Shown piece after piece: positions 38,816 through 50,030 of a stretch of 64,000 nt of DNA. The stretch comes from Chiloscyllium plagiosum (Eukaryota): the NCBI RefSeq assembly GCF_004010195.1, contig NC_057718.1:18251689-18315688 (forward strand), given 5' to 3'. Position numbers and translations under genes: made by a program. How positions within the stretch are numbered: position 1 is the first letter of the stretch; every line of letters begins with the position of its first letter. Under the pieces are notes generated by a model that worked only from the letters and a program-made list of their open reading frames with translations, was not told the DNA's origin and made no database searches.

Positions 38816-41288
38816 ATAGAGTCATAGAGTCATAGAGATGTACAGCATGGAAACAGAACATTTGGTCCAACCCATCCATGCCGGACCAGATATCCCAACC
38901 CAATCTAGTCCCACCTGCCAGCACCCGGCCCGTATCCCTCCAAACCATTCCTATTCATATACCCATCCAAATGCCTCTGAAATGTTGCAATTGTACCAGC
39001 CTCCACCACTTCCTCTGGCAGCTCATTCCATATATATAACACCCTCTGTGTGAAAAAGTTGCCCCGTATGTCTCTTTTATGTCTTTTCCCTCTCACCCTA
39101 AACCTATGTCCTCTAGTTCTGGACTCTCCCACCCAGGGAAAAGACTTTGCTTATTTACCCTATCCATGCCCCTCATAATTTTGTAAACCTCTATAAGGTC
39201 ACCCCTCAGCCTCCAACACTCTAGGGACAACAGCCCCAGCCTGTTCAGCCTCTCTCTACAGCTCAAATCCTCCAACCTTGGCAACATCCTTGTAAATCTT
39301 TTTTGAACCCTTTCAAGTTACATAACATCTTTCAGATAGGAAGGAGACCAGAATTGCATGCAATATTCCAACAGTGGCCTAACCAATGTCCTGTACAGCT
39401 GCAACATGACCTCCTACTCCTGCACTCAATACTCTGACCAATAAAGGAAAGCATACCAAATGCCTTCTTCACTATCCTATCTACCTGCAACTCCACTTTC
39501 AAGGAGATATGAACCTGCACTTCAAGGTCTCTTTCTTCAGCAACACTCCCAAAGACCTTACCGTTAAGTGTATAAGTCCCGCTAAGATTTGCTTTCCCAA
39601 AATGCAGCACCTCGCATTTATCTGAATTAAACTCCATCTGCCACTTCTCAGCCCATTGGCCCATCTGGTCCAGACCCTGTTGTAATCTGAGGTAACCATC
39701 TTCACTGTCCACGACCTCCAATTTTGGTGTCATCTGCAAACTTACTAACTCTACCTCTTATGCTCGNNNNNNNNNNNNNNNNNNNNNNNNNNNNNNNNNN
39801 NNNNNNNNNNNNNNNNNNNNNNNNNNNNNNNNNNNNNNNNNNNNNNNNNNNNNNNNNNNNNNNNNNNNNNNNNNNNNNNNNNNNNNNNNNNNNNNNNNNN
39901 NNNNNNNNNNNNNNNNNNNNNNNNNNNNNNNCCTTTCCAAATACATGTACATCCTGTCCCTCAGGTTTCCCTCCAACAACTTGCCCACCACTGATGTCAG
40001 GCTCACTGGTCTATAGTTCCCTGGCTTGTCCTTACCATCCTTCTTAAACAGTGGCATCATGTTAGCCAACCTCCAGTCTTCCGGCACCTCACCTGTGACT
40101 ATCGATGATATATATATCTCAGCAAGAGGCTCAGCAATCACTTCTCTAGCTTCCCACAGAGCTCTAGGGTACACCTGATTAAGTCTTGGGGATTTATCCA
40201 TTTTTATGCGTTTCAAGACATCCAGCACGTCCTCCTCTGTATTATGGACAGCTTTCAAGATGTCATCATCTATTCCCCTACAGTACATATCTCCCATTTC
40301 TTTTTCCACAGTAAATACTGATGCAAAATACTCATTTTGTAACTTCCCCATTTTCTGCGACTCCACACAAAGGCCGCCTTGCTAATCTTTGAGGGTCCCT
40401 ATTCTCTCCCTAATTACCCTTTTGTCCTTAATATATTTGTAAAAACTTTTTGGGTTCTCCTTAATTCTATTTGCCAAAGCTATCTCATGTCCCCTTTTTG
40501 CCTTCCTGATTTCCCTCTTAAGTATAATCCTACTTCCTTTATACTCTTCTAAGGATTCACTCAATCTATCTTGTCTGTACCTGACATATGCTTCCTTCAT
40601 TTTCTTAACCAAACCCTCAATTTCTTTAGTCATCCTGCATTCCCTATACCTACCAGCCCTCCCTTTCACCCTGACAGGAATACACTTTCTCTGGATTCTC
40701 GTGATCTCATTTCTGAAAGCTTCACATTTTTCCAGCTATTCCTTTACCTGCGAACTTCTGCCTCCAATCAGCTTTCGAAAGTTCTTGCCTAATACCATCA
40801 AAATTGGCCTTTCTCCAATTTAGAACTTCAACTTTTAGATCTGGTCTATCCTTTTCCATCACTATTTTGAATCTAATAGAATTATGGTCACTGGCCCCAA
40901 AGTGCTCCCCCACTGACACCTCAGTCATCTGCCCTGCCTTATTTCACAAGAGTAGGTCAAGTTTTGCACCTGCTCTGGTAGGTACATCCACATACTGAAT
41001 CAGAAACCTGTCTTGTACACACTTAACAAATTCCTCTCCATCTAAACCTTTAACACTGTGGTAGTCTCAGTCTATGTTTGGAAAGTTAAAATCCCCTTCC
41101 ATAACCACCCTATTATTCTTACAGATAGCTGCGATCTCCTTGCAAGTTTGTTTCTCAATTTCCCTCTGACTATTGGGGGGTCAATAATACAATTCCAATA
41201 AGGTAATTATCCCTTTCTTATTTCTCAGTTCCGCCCAAATAACTTCCCTGGATGTATTTCCAGGAATATCCTCCCTCAGCACAGCTGT
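38816..41288 (-). mobile_element. CR1 LINE inserted in the integrase of the Gmr1-type element (5' end runs into an N gap)
   Basis: (CTATGACT)n tail at 38816; VPEDWRLANMMPLFKK..PGNYRPVSLTSVVGKLLE; endonuclease GASDHNSI. Confidence 0.95.
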
Positions 41289-42083
41289 NNNNNNNNNNNN
41301 NNNNNNNNNNNNNNNNNNNNNNNNNNNNNNNNNNNNNNNNNNNNNNNNNNNNNNNNNNNNNNNNNNNNNNNNNNNNNNNNNNNNNNNNNNNNNNNNNNNN
41401 NNNNNNNNNNNNNNNNNNNNNNNNNNNNNNNNNNNNNNNNNNNNNNNNNNNNNNNNNNNNNNNNNNNNNNNNNNNNNNNNNNNNNNNNNNNNNNNNNNNN
41501 NNNNNNNNNNNNNNNNNNNNNNNNNNNNNNNNNNNNNNNNNNNNNNNNNNNNNNNNNNNNNNNNNNNNNNNNNNNNNNNNNNNNNNNNNNNNNNNNNNNN
41601 NNNNNNNNNNNNNNNNNNNNNNNNNNNNNNNNNNNNNNNNNNNNNNNNNNNNNNNNNNNNNNNNNNNNNNNNNNNNNNNNNNNNNNNNNNNNNNNNNNNN
41701 NNNNNNNNNNNNNNNNNNNNNNNNNNNNNNNNNNNNNNNNNNNNNNNNNNNNNNNNNNNNNNNNNNNNNNNNNNNNNNNNNNNNNNNNNNNNNNNNNNNN
41801 NNNNNNNNNNNNNNNNNNNNNNNNNNNNNNNNNNNNNNNNNNNNNNNNNNNNNNNNNNNNNNNNNNNNNNNNNNNNNNNNNNNNNNNNNNNNNNNNNNNN
41901 NNNNNNNNNNNNNNNNNNNNNNNNNNNNNNNNNNNNNNNNNNNNNNNNNNNNNNNNNNNNNNNNNNNNNNNNNNNNNNNNNNNNNNNNNNNNNNNNNNNN
42001 NNNNNNNNNNNNNNNNNNNNNNNNNNNNNNNNNNNNNNNNNNNNNNNNNNNNNNNNNNNNNNNNNNNNNNNNNNNNNNNNNNN

Positions 42084-42168
42084 TGCTGGAAAAGCGCAGC
42101 AGGTCAGGCAGCATCCAGGGAACAGGAGAATCGACGTTTCGGGCATAAGCCCTTCTTCAGGAAGGGCT
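42084..42168 (-). mobile_element. Penelope-like terminal fragment inside the integrase C-terminus
   Basis: Reverse complement matches 55621-55700; integrase YLIRTPDRKKSHRVYHVNMLKRY resumes immediately afterwards. Confidence 0.85.
42133..42160 (-). ncRNA. Minimal type I hammerhead ribozyme motif, intact core
   Basis: Minus strand CUGAAGA-A-GGGC-UUAU-GCCC-GAAA-CG-UC, with a palindromic ACGU stem III as described for Penelope-associated minimal hammerheads. Confidence 0.8.
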
Positions 42169-43937
42169 ATTTGATAAGGACTCCAGACAGGAAGAAATCT
42201 CACAGAGTGTATCATGTGAATATGCTCAAAAGGTATTTTGATAGGGAAGGAAAGCAGGTGGAGAAAATGTTAATGATTACACACAGAAGGAAGAATCAAG
42301 TTCAGAGCATTCTGAATTGGATATTCCTCAAGTCAAATTGGACAATAAGGAAGTTGTCAAAAATTGGGATAATTTGTTGAGTTACCTTGCACAAGAAAAT
42401 CGAAATGACCCGAAAGAGTTATTGATATCACATGGGGAGATATGCAGAAATAAACTGGGACGTACTAACCTAATTGTGCATAATGTAGATGTAGGAGATG
42501 CTGTTCTGATTAAGCAACACCTTTATAGGGGTAACCCTCTAAAGTTGGCACAGGTTCAGAAGGTGATAGAGCGCACGCTCCAAGATGGCATAATTGAAGT
42601 GAGTTACAGTGACTGGAGCTCACCCACAATCATGGTGCCAAAGTCAGATGGTACTCAACAATTATGTGTGGACTGTCGCAAAGTCAACACCGTTACAGAG
42701 ACTGATGCATATCCAATTCCACAATTGGAGGACTGTGTCAAAAAAGTGGGACAAGCAACTTATATTTTTAAGTTAGACTTGCTCAGAGGTTACTGTCAAG
42801 TACCTCTGTCAGAGAGAGCAAAGGCAATTTTGGCTCTCGTAATGCCTAATGGTCTATGTCTGTTCAAAGCCATGCCATTTGGTATGAAAACACTCCAGCC
42901 CCATTTCAGAGATTGACTAATAAAGCCATTTCTGGATTACACAACTGTGTAGTGTATATTGATGACCTGGTGATTTTTAGTCACTCACGGAAGGAACACT
43001 TACAGCATTTATCGGACTTGTTCGATTGACTTTGGAAGGCAGGCTTGGTGGAAAACTAGCTAAAAGTGAATTTGCCAAAGCTCAGGTCACCTTCCAGGAC
43101 CACGTTATTGGACATGGACAAATGGCCCCATGGGATACAAAAACAAAAGTAATTGGGGAATTTCCCACATTGCTGTCAAAAAAAATCAGTACTACGGTTC
43201 CTGGGGTTGAGTGGATTTTACTGAAAATTTGTGCCGAACTTTAGTAGTATAGCTGCTCCATTCACCGAATTGTTTCAAAAAAGGGCATGAAGTTTCGGTG
43301 GATAGCAGACTGCCAAAAGGCATTTGACAGCCTGAAAACTGTGTTAACCACTGCCCCAGTATTAGCCACACCAGATTACATGAAGCCTTTCAAAGTGGCT
43401 ATCGCTGCCAGTGATGTGGGTGTCGGTGTGATGCTGCTGCAGGAGGATGACGAGGGAATAGAAAGACCCATTGGGTATTTTTCCAAGAAGTTGAACATTC
43501 ATCAACAGAAATATTCAACAGTGGAGAAAGAGACTTCAAGCTTGGTGTTGGTATTGCAACATTTCATTGTTTATGTTACCAGCAATAGATCTGAGACAAT
43601 TGTATATACTGGTCATAACCCATTTACGTTTGTGGAAAAAATTAAGAACAAAAATGCCAGATGTTTAGATGGAGCTTGTTGTTGCAACCATTCAATTTAA
43701 CAATTGTGCAGGTGGCAGGTTGCGAAAATGTGATTGCCGATGCTTATCGAGATTCGAATGAGGCACGGGGGCGTTCGGTGGCTGGTGTGCCACAGCCTGA
43801 ATTTACATGTGGTTGTGCATGTTTGCGTGTTTATAGTTAGTATAGAGTATATGTGTGTTTTAGACTTCCAACCAGTCTGTTTTTGAAGGGTTTTAAAAAT
43901 TAAGCCATCTTTTGATATTGATGATTCCTTTTTGTTT

Positions 43938-43948
43938 AAGGGGTGAAG
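43938..43948 (+). other. Polypurine tract
   Basis: AAGGGGTGAAG directly precedes the TG of the 3' LTR. Confidence 0.8.
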
Positions 43949-44551
43949 TGTCAATAAGCTGGTTCCTTTTTTTCTGAAAGCTGCTCCTTTTCTCAAGGAT
44001 ACTGTGTCCTTGTTTTTTTTTTCATACACCAGGCCGGGTGCCAATTAGACTAGTTTGGTGCAGAGATTAAAGGGTATAGAGAGGCCTTTTTGTTTATCTG
44101 TTTAACTCAGGCCAAAGTGGTCATGTTCTAGAAGTGACCTGTATCATGTCCAGAACTAGTTGGGAGTTCAACAGTGAGCTGTGTGAAAACAGACTCTCTC
44201 TCTCTCTTGCTCTCTCTTTCTGCCCTTCTAATTTCAACCTGTAAGTATCTGCTCCAATTTTCTTTACTGTGTTTTAAAGGGGTTTGCTTATTGGCACTGT
44301 TGTGCATATTTGGAATAGCATTATAAAGTCTAGTTTGGATAGATTGAGTTCTGTAGAGGTTCTTTATTTTGTTCTTTGTGTTTCATTGTGAATTTTATGA
44401 ATAAATTTCTATTAGTTTTAAAACCTAGTAGTCAACCTAGCTAACTTATTACAGGTAATTTTCACTGCACACTTACTGAAACACATTGTAAAGTTATGGT
44501 CTGGGTTGCCTGCTTAAGAATGTTTTGAGTAGTCTGGCCTAGTCCATAACA
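43949..44551 (+). repeat. 3' LTR
   Basis: TGTCAA...CCATAACA; homologous to the 5' LTR with numerous substitutions and indels. Confidence 0.95.
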
Positions 44552-46734
44552 TTAGCATGGACAATTCCCCCAATCTGTACATCTTTGGATTGTGGGAGGA
44601 AACCAGTGCACCTGGAGGAAACCCACACAGACACAGGGAGAATGTACAAACTCCACACAGACAGTCACCCGAGGCTGGAATCAAACCCGGGTCCCTGCCG
44701 CTGCGAGGCAGCAGTGCTAACCGCTGAGCCCCTCTGCCAGAAGGTAGGAAATACTGCATTTCTTAAACAAAATGATTGCTACAGCCTTCAAAACAATTCA
44801 GATATTATTGAAGAAGTGACTTCATCCATATTGCAGGAGGAGCAAAGAAGAAACATTTGAATCAATCACCATTATGGTGGTGGCATTTTAATTTGATCCT
44901 CAGCACTATTTTACATTTCATGTCTTTGTGTCATTCTACAAATACGTAGGCATGAGGAGCGAGAATGGTGGAAGTCGTAAGGAATTGTTCTCAGTTAAAT
45001 GTGTTTGGATTCTAGACTTCTACACGTGGATTTGGAGAATTAACCAAATATGAGTGAAGCTTTGCTGTTCAGAATGAATCTGACAGTTGGACTTATCCGC
45101 TCTGTCGCAGATACAATTCAGCCTTCCTGACATCAGCCAGCCTACTGTGTGTAATTGTGTTAGTCAGGTTACTGCTGCATAGATCAATCAGGCAGGTTGT
45201 GCTGAACATTACCTTGCGGACCCAGACAGACGAAGAGCAAATGCAGCAAAGCATTTATAATATTAGTAGGGTTACCGAGGGCCTTTGGCATAATTGGTCC
45301 CACACGTGGAATACATACCCCAGGACTGAGTTATAGCCTTCAGTTAGAAAAAAGACAAGGCTTCACTCGTTGGATAGGCAGATGCTTTGAGATTCTAAGA
45401 GTATCACCACTGTTGTGGTCTGCACAATTTAGTTATAACTCATTCATTTTGTCACTGCAATCTTCAGGAATGTCTGGTAGATAATAATGGTTATGAGATT
45501 GTTGGCAGCTGCAGTTCTACATCTTGAAAGAGCTGTAGAGGAAAGTTATAAGGAAAGAAATCAACCTAGCTGCATTGAAATAGAGGGGTCCTTTTTTTTA
45601 AACTGTATATGATATCACAGATACTGTACCTGACATCGTTTGATGTGCTGTACATCAAACAACAATGCTATCTGTTGTGGAATTAAGGTGCACATTCTTA
45701 AAGAAACATTAAACCCTCTTGGATCAGAGGCTACACAGCTTTAATTGAATGAAAACCCAAGGCTATTTGGAAAAGTAGATATTTATCCATTAATATTGCC
45801 TAGCTTTGTTCACTCTCATAAAAAAGAAGGCAATTCGTTGAAACCTCTTTTTGGTATTCAGATTGCAAAATTAAGGACTGAATTTCTGCTCTGTTGTCAG
45901 AGTGTTCTGCACTTATTTGTCGCCTTGACTTTTCCGAATATCTTATCTGTGGGCAATTTAAATACCCCAGTTAATTTCTGTCATTGCTGCACAAATTTTA
46001 ACATAATATAGACCTTGATCTTAGTGTGATTATCTCTAACCTAGTGCCATTGGATGCCCTGAATCTTTGTTGCTTTGCACAAAGGGGAGATTGCGTTCTT
46101 CTTTTTTTGCCTAATGCATGCTCTATCCATTAATTTAAATAATTTAAGCCTTTGGATGAGGGCACAATGTTGACAGTTACTGGTTGCTTGTTAGATGTTT
46201 TGTAAGTTTTACAGATTGACAGTTAACACATTGACTCCCTCTTGCTGCTTGATGGTTGGTAGCAACCAAATGAGTCTCCACTAAAACTTTCAACAACTTG
46301 AACCACTTTAGAGCAGTTTATCTGCTTTATATTTGTCATATTTTCCTGGATGGCCACCTCTGGTGCCGTGTGGGATTTACCACTTTTGTTCTGTTGTTTT
46401 GAGGTCGTTCGCTGCCAATAATGTTTTGATTTGTGTGGTCTTCGGCCTAGCTAGTGATTAGAGACAGTGGATTCACTGCTCTAGGATAACAAGAAGGTTT
46501 TATTCAATGTTAGCAATAAGTACAACTACATTTAGTCAGGCATAATTACTTGGAACTTAGGGATGTGGAACAGATGCATTTGTCCCCCTCAAAACTGAAG
46601 TAGAACTCCTTGTTTTCACCCACAAACTGCATGACATGGGTGAAGCCAATTTAACTTGAGCATTAACCCTTTCGCACCCATTAAGTTCAACAAATACGAT
46701 AAGAGGTGAGTCGAGGATCCTGTGCTCCAAGTTG

Positions 46735-47000
46735 GGTGGCAAGGTGGCTCAGTGGTTAGCACTGCTGCCTCCTAGCATGAGCGAGCAGCCTTAGGCAACT
46801 ATCTGGATAAAGTTTGTACGTTCTCCCCATGTCTGTGTGGGTTTCTTCCAGGTGCTCTGGTTTCCTTCCATATTCCAAGGATGTGCAGGTTAGGTGGATT
46901 AACCATGCAAAATGTATTACAGGGATAGGGTAGGGGCGAAACTCTTTGGAGGGGTGGTGTGGACTCAATGGGTCAAATGGCCTGCTTCCACACAGTAGTG
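46735..47000 (+). mobile_element. HE1-type V-SINE (older copy), followed by a CR1 tail fragment to ~47120
   Basis: TGGCTCAGTGGTTAGCACTGCTGCCTC and GTTTGTACGTTCTCCCCATGTCTGTGTGGGTTTC. Confidence 0.88.
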
Positions 47001-47133
47001 ATTAAAAAAGAAGAGAAAGGATTTAGAGGGGTATGAGCCAAACGCTGGTATATGGGACTAGATTAATTCAGTTGGGATGGATGTGTTGGACCAAAGGATC
47101 TGTATCTGTGTTGTACAACGCTTCATGAAGTAG

Positions 47134-47254
47134 CTGATGAATGAGCAGCGCTCTGAAAGCTAGTGCTTCCAAGTAAACCTGTTGGACTATAATCTGGTGT
47201 TGTGTGATTTTTAACTTTGTCCACCCCAGTCCAACACTGGCTCCTCCACATCAT
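47134..47254 (+). mobile_element. Penelope-like terminal fragment (second family) beginning with a hammerhead motif at 47134-47162
   Basis: CUGAUGA-AU-GAGC-AGC-GCUC-U-GAAA-GC-UA, with palindromic AGCU stem III and a U-U mismatch at the base of stem II. Confidence 0.7.
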
Positions 47255-47345
47255 GGTACACAGAGAGTGGAGGTTATGGAATTGATGTTACAATGTTGAA
47301 TTCCCATCTCATAACTCATTTTCAGGATTTGTGTAAAGATATGTA

Positions 47346-47588
47346 GCTCAGGTGCCAGTTGTTGTGGTTGTGGCTATGTTCATTGACCTAGACCCAATAC
47401 ACCGGACGCTACAACAAACAACTGGAAGTAGCAACCGAAGCAGCAGGAACAGAACCAAATAAACTCCAGGAGACACAGTACAGCAGCACTTCACAGGAGG
47501 CTCCAAAGCACTGAAGCTGTCACCTAGACAGGGGACAAAATGTCTGCAAATCAACTTCCCAGCTCAGTGAACATACCCACAACCACCA
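47346..47588 (+). mobile_element. Penelope-like terminal fragment (third family) with an inverted end and a decayed hammerhead at 47511-47544
   Basis: GCA-CUGAAGCU-GUCACC-UAGACA-GGGGAC-AAAAUGUC-UGC with stem I GCA/UGC; 47364-47389 is an imperfect inverted copy of 47561-47586. Confidence 0.65.
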
Positions 47589-47799
47589 TAACTCGTTATC
47601 TGTGATTCCCCACTGATTGAACTGCAGGATGGTGGAATCATCCCTATTGCACTCATGTCAGCAATTAATGATGAACGTCGATATTATAGGTTGGGCTATC
47701 TATTCAAGTCCTTTGGTTTGTTAGTGTCAACTGTGCCTCAACTGCTCACACTCTTAATGCTGAATCAGAAGGTTTCGGGTTCAAATCCCACTCATTTTA

Positions 47800-49750
47800 A
47801 CTAGAGGAGGATAATAAGTGGGGAGAAGATGAAATATGAGGTCCAGCTGGTAATATAAAAGAAGATGTAAGAGTTTTTTTTTAGATACTTTGAAAAAAAG
47901 GAGAGAGGCAAGAAAGGACATTGGACTGCTGGAAACTGAGGCTGTAGAAGTAGTAATGGGGAACAAAGGAATGACAGATGAACTGCATAGGTATTTTATG
48001 TCAGTTTTCACAGTGAAAGACACTGAAAAAGCATTCCAAGAGAGTCAGGGGGCAGAGGTGAGTGCAGTGGTCAGCGCTAAGGAGGAAGTGTTAGGGAAGC
48101 TGAAAAATCTGAAGATAGGTAAATCACCAGACCAGATGATCTACACCCCAGCGTTCTAATGGAGATAGCTGAGGAGATTGTTGAGGCATTGGTGGTGATC
48201 TTTCAGGAATCACTGGAGTCAGGAGGGGTCCCAGAGGACTAGAAAATGGCTAATGCAACATCCCTGTTTAAGGAGGCAGGGAGAAACAGGAATCTATGCA
48301 CCAGTTAGCCTGATCTCGGCCGTTCCTATGATTTTAGAGTCCATTGAGATTGCAGAATATTTGGAAGTGAATGGTAAAATATGGCGGAGTCAGCAAGGCT
48401 TTGTCAAGGGGCAGTCATGCCTAACATTTCTTGAGAAGGTAATGAGCAAGTTAGACAAAGGAGAGCCAGAGCGCTTAAGCTATTTGGACTTCCAGAAGCC
48501 CTTTGACAAAGTACCACACAAGAGGCTGGTAAATAAAATAAGGGGCATGACACTGGCATGGTTAGAGGATTAGCTAGCTGGCAGAGAGCAGAGAATGGAG
48601 ACAAAGGGTTTTTTTTCTGGATGGCAGCCAGTGACTAGTGGATTTCTGCAGGGATCAGTGTTGGGACCACAACTATTCACGTTACACATTCTGGATGAAT
48701 GAAACGAGGGCGTCGTTGTTATGTTTGCAGGTGACAGAAAAATAGTTGAAGGGACAGGTAGAGTTGTGAAAACGGAGAGGCTGCAGAAGGACTTGGGCAT
48801 GTTAAAAGAATGGGCAAAGAAGTGGCAAATAGAATACAATGTGGGAAAGCGTGAGGTTATGCATTTAGGTAGGGAGAGTAGTGATGTAGTCTATTTTCTA
48901 AACAGGGAAAGGCTTCAGAAATCTTAAACATAAAAGGATTTGGGAATCCTAGTTCAGGATTCTCTTAAGGTTAACATGCAGGTTCAGTTGGCAGTTAGAA
49001 AAGCAAGTGCAAGGTTAACATTCATTTCAAGATGGACATGATATAAGAGCAGAGATGTACTGCTGAGGTTGTGTGAAGGTCAGGTCAGACTGCATTTGGA
49101 ATATTGTGAGCAGTTTTGGGCCCCATATCTAAGGAAGAATGTGCTGGTCTTGGTGGGGTTCCAGAGGAGGTTTGAAAGAATGATCCTGAGGTTGAAGATT
49201 CGTCATATGAGGATTGGTTGAGGACTCTGCCTCTGTACTTGATGGATGTTAGAAGGTTGAGTGGGCATCTGATTAAAACGTACAGAATACCGAGAGGCCT
49301 GGAGAGAGTGGACAAGGAGATGATGTTTCCACTGGTAGGATAGACTAGGATCTGATCGCACAGCCTCAAAGTGAAAGGATGACCCTTTAGGACTGAAATA
49401 AGGAGAAATTTCTTCAGCTAGAGGGTGGTTAATCCGTGGAACTCATTGCCAAAGAGGGCTGTGGAGGCCAGGTTGTTGAATGTATTTAAGACAGAGATTG
49501 ATAAGGTCTTGGAGAATGTGAGGACTGCAGATGCTGGAGATCAGAGTGGTGCTGGAAAAGCACAGCAGGTCAGGCAGCATCCGAGGAGCAGCTGTTCATT
49601 AGGAATAGATAGGCTCTTGTTTGGTAAGGGGATCAAGGTTATGGGAGAAAGCAGGAGAATGGGATTGAGAAACATATTAGCCATGATTGAATGCTGGAGC
49701 AGATGTGATGGGCCAAATGGTTCACTTCTGCTCTTGTACTTTATAGTCTT
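47800..49750 (+). mobile_element. Old CR1 ORF2 3' half with a short PLE terminal fragment at ~49515-49591 (minus)
   Basis: YLDFQKPFDKVPHKRL, QGSVLGPQLF, FAGDRK and WAKKWQIEYNVGKREVMHLG. Confidence 0.92.
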
Positions 49751-49805
49751 TTGTTGTCAGAATCTCAAGGACATTAATATTGATGCTACAATGCAGTACA
49801 GAAGG

Positions 49806-50030
49806 TTGTTGTGTTACCATGGTCTCACCAGACTATTGGGGCTGCTCTCTCATTACAGAGAAGCAACTGGTCGTGATTTAACCTGAGGGCCACCAGCTCA
49901 CAGGCGAGAGAATAGGTGGAGAAGGAGTCCTTCATGGTAACCTCAAACCAGTGATGGGAATTGAACCCACACTGTTGTTATCACACTGCTTCTGTAAACC
50001 ACCAATCCAGCCAACTGAGCTAAACCAATT
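49806..50030 (-). mobile_element. Short tRNA-derived SINE
   Basis: Minus strand TAGCTCAGTTGG (A box) and GGTTCAATTCC (B box); flanks ACAGAAGG/ACAGAGGG are a possible TSD. Confidence 0.7.

Larger units (their letters stand above)
35186..44551 (+). mobile_element. Gmr1-type Gypsy-superfamily LTR retrotransposon (gag-PR-IN-RT-RH), both LTRs present, coding region decayed
   Basis: Direct LTRs, PBS, PPT and 4-bp TSD TTAC/TTAG. gag WPVAMWVLLIQTKLVGRA..AYELVPEAYRQCFR; PR ILRDTGSSQS; IN HDLPLGGHLG, IQSDQ, YHPE..ERWHQTLK; RT KLDLLRGY, MPFG, YIDD (42955-42966); RH FKVAIAASDVGVG..YSTVEKE. Confidence 0.95.
35072..44737 (-). mobile_element. HE1-type SINE split by the LTR retrotransposon (pieces 35072-35185 and 44552-44737)
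   Basis: Left piece ends atgggcagtttac and right piece starts ttagcatggacaattc; intact copies read atgggcaatttagcatggccaattc (e.g. 60252). Confidence 0.9.

Noticed and set aside
41181..42215. Long ORFs spanning N runs (also 3858-4826, 39724-40047, 54219-54729)
   Set aside because: Their length comes from assembly gaps at 4222-4721, 39767-39931, 41289-42083 and 54263-54324.
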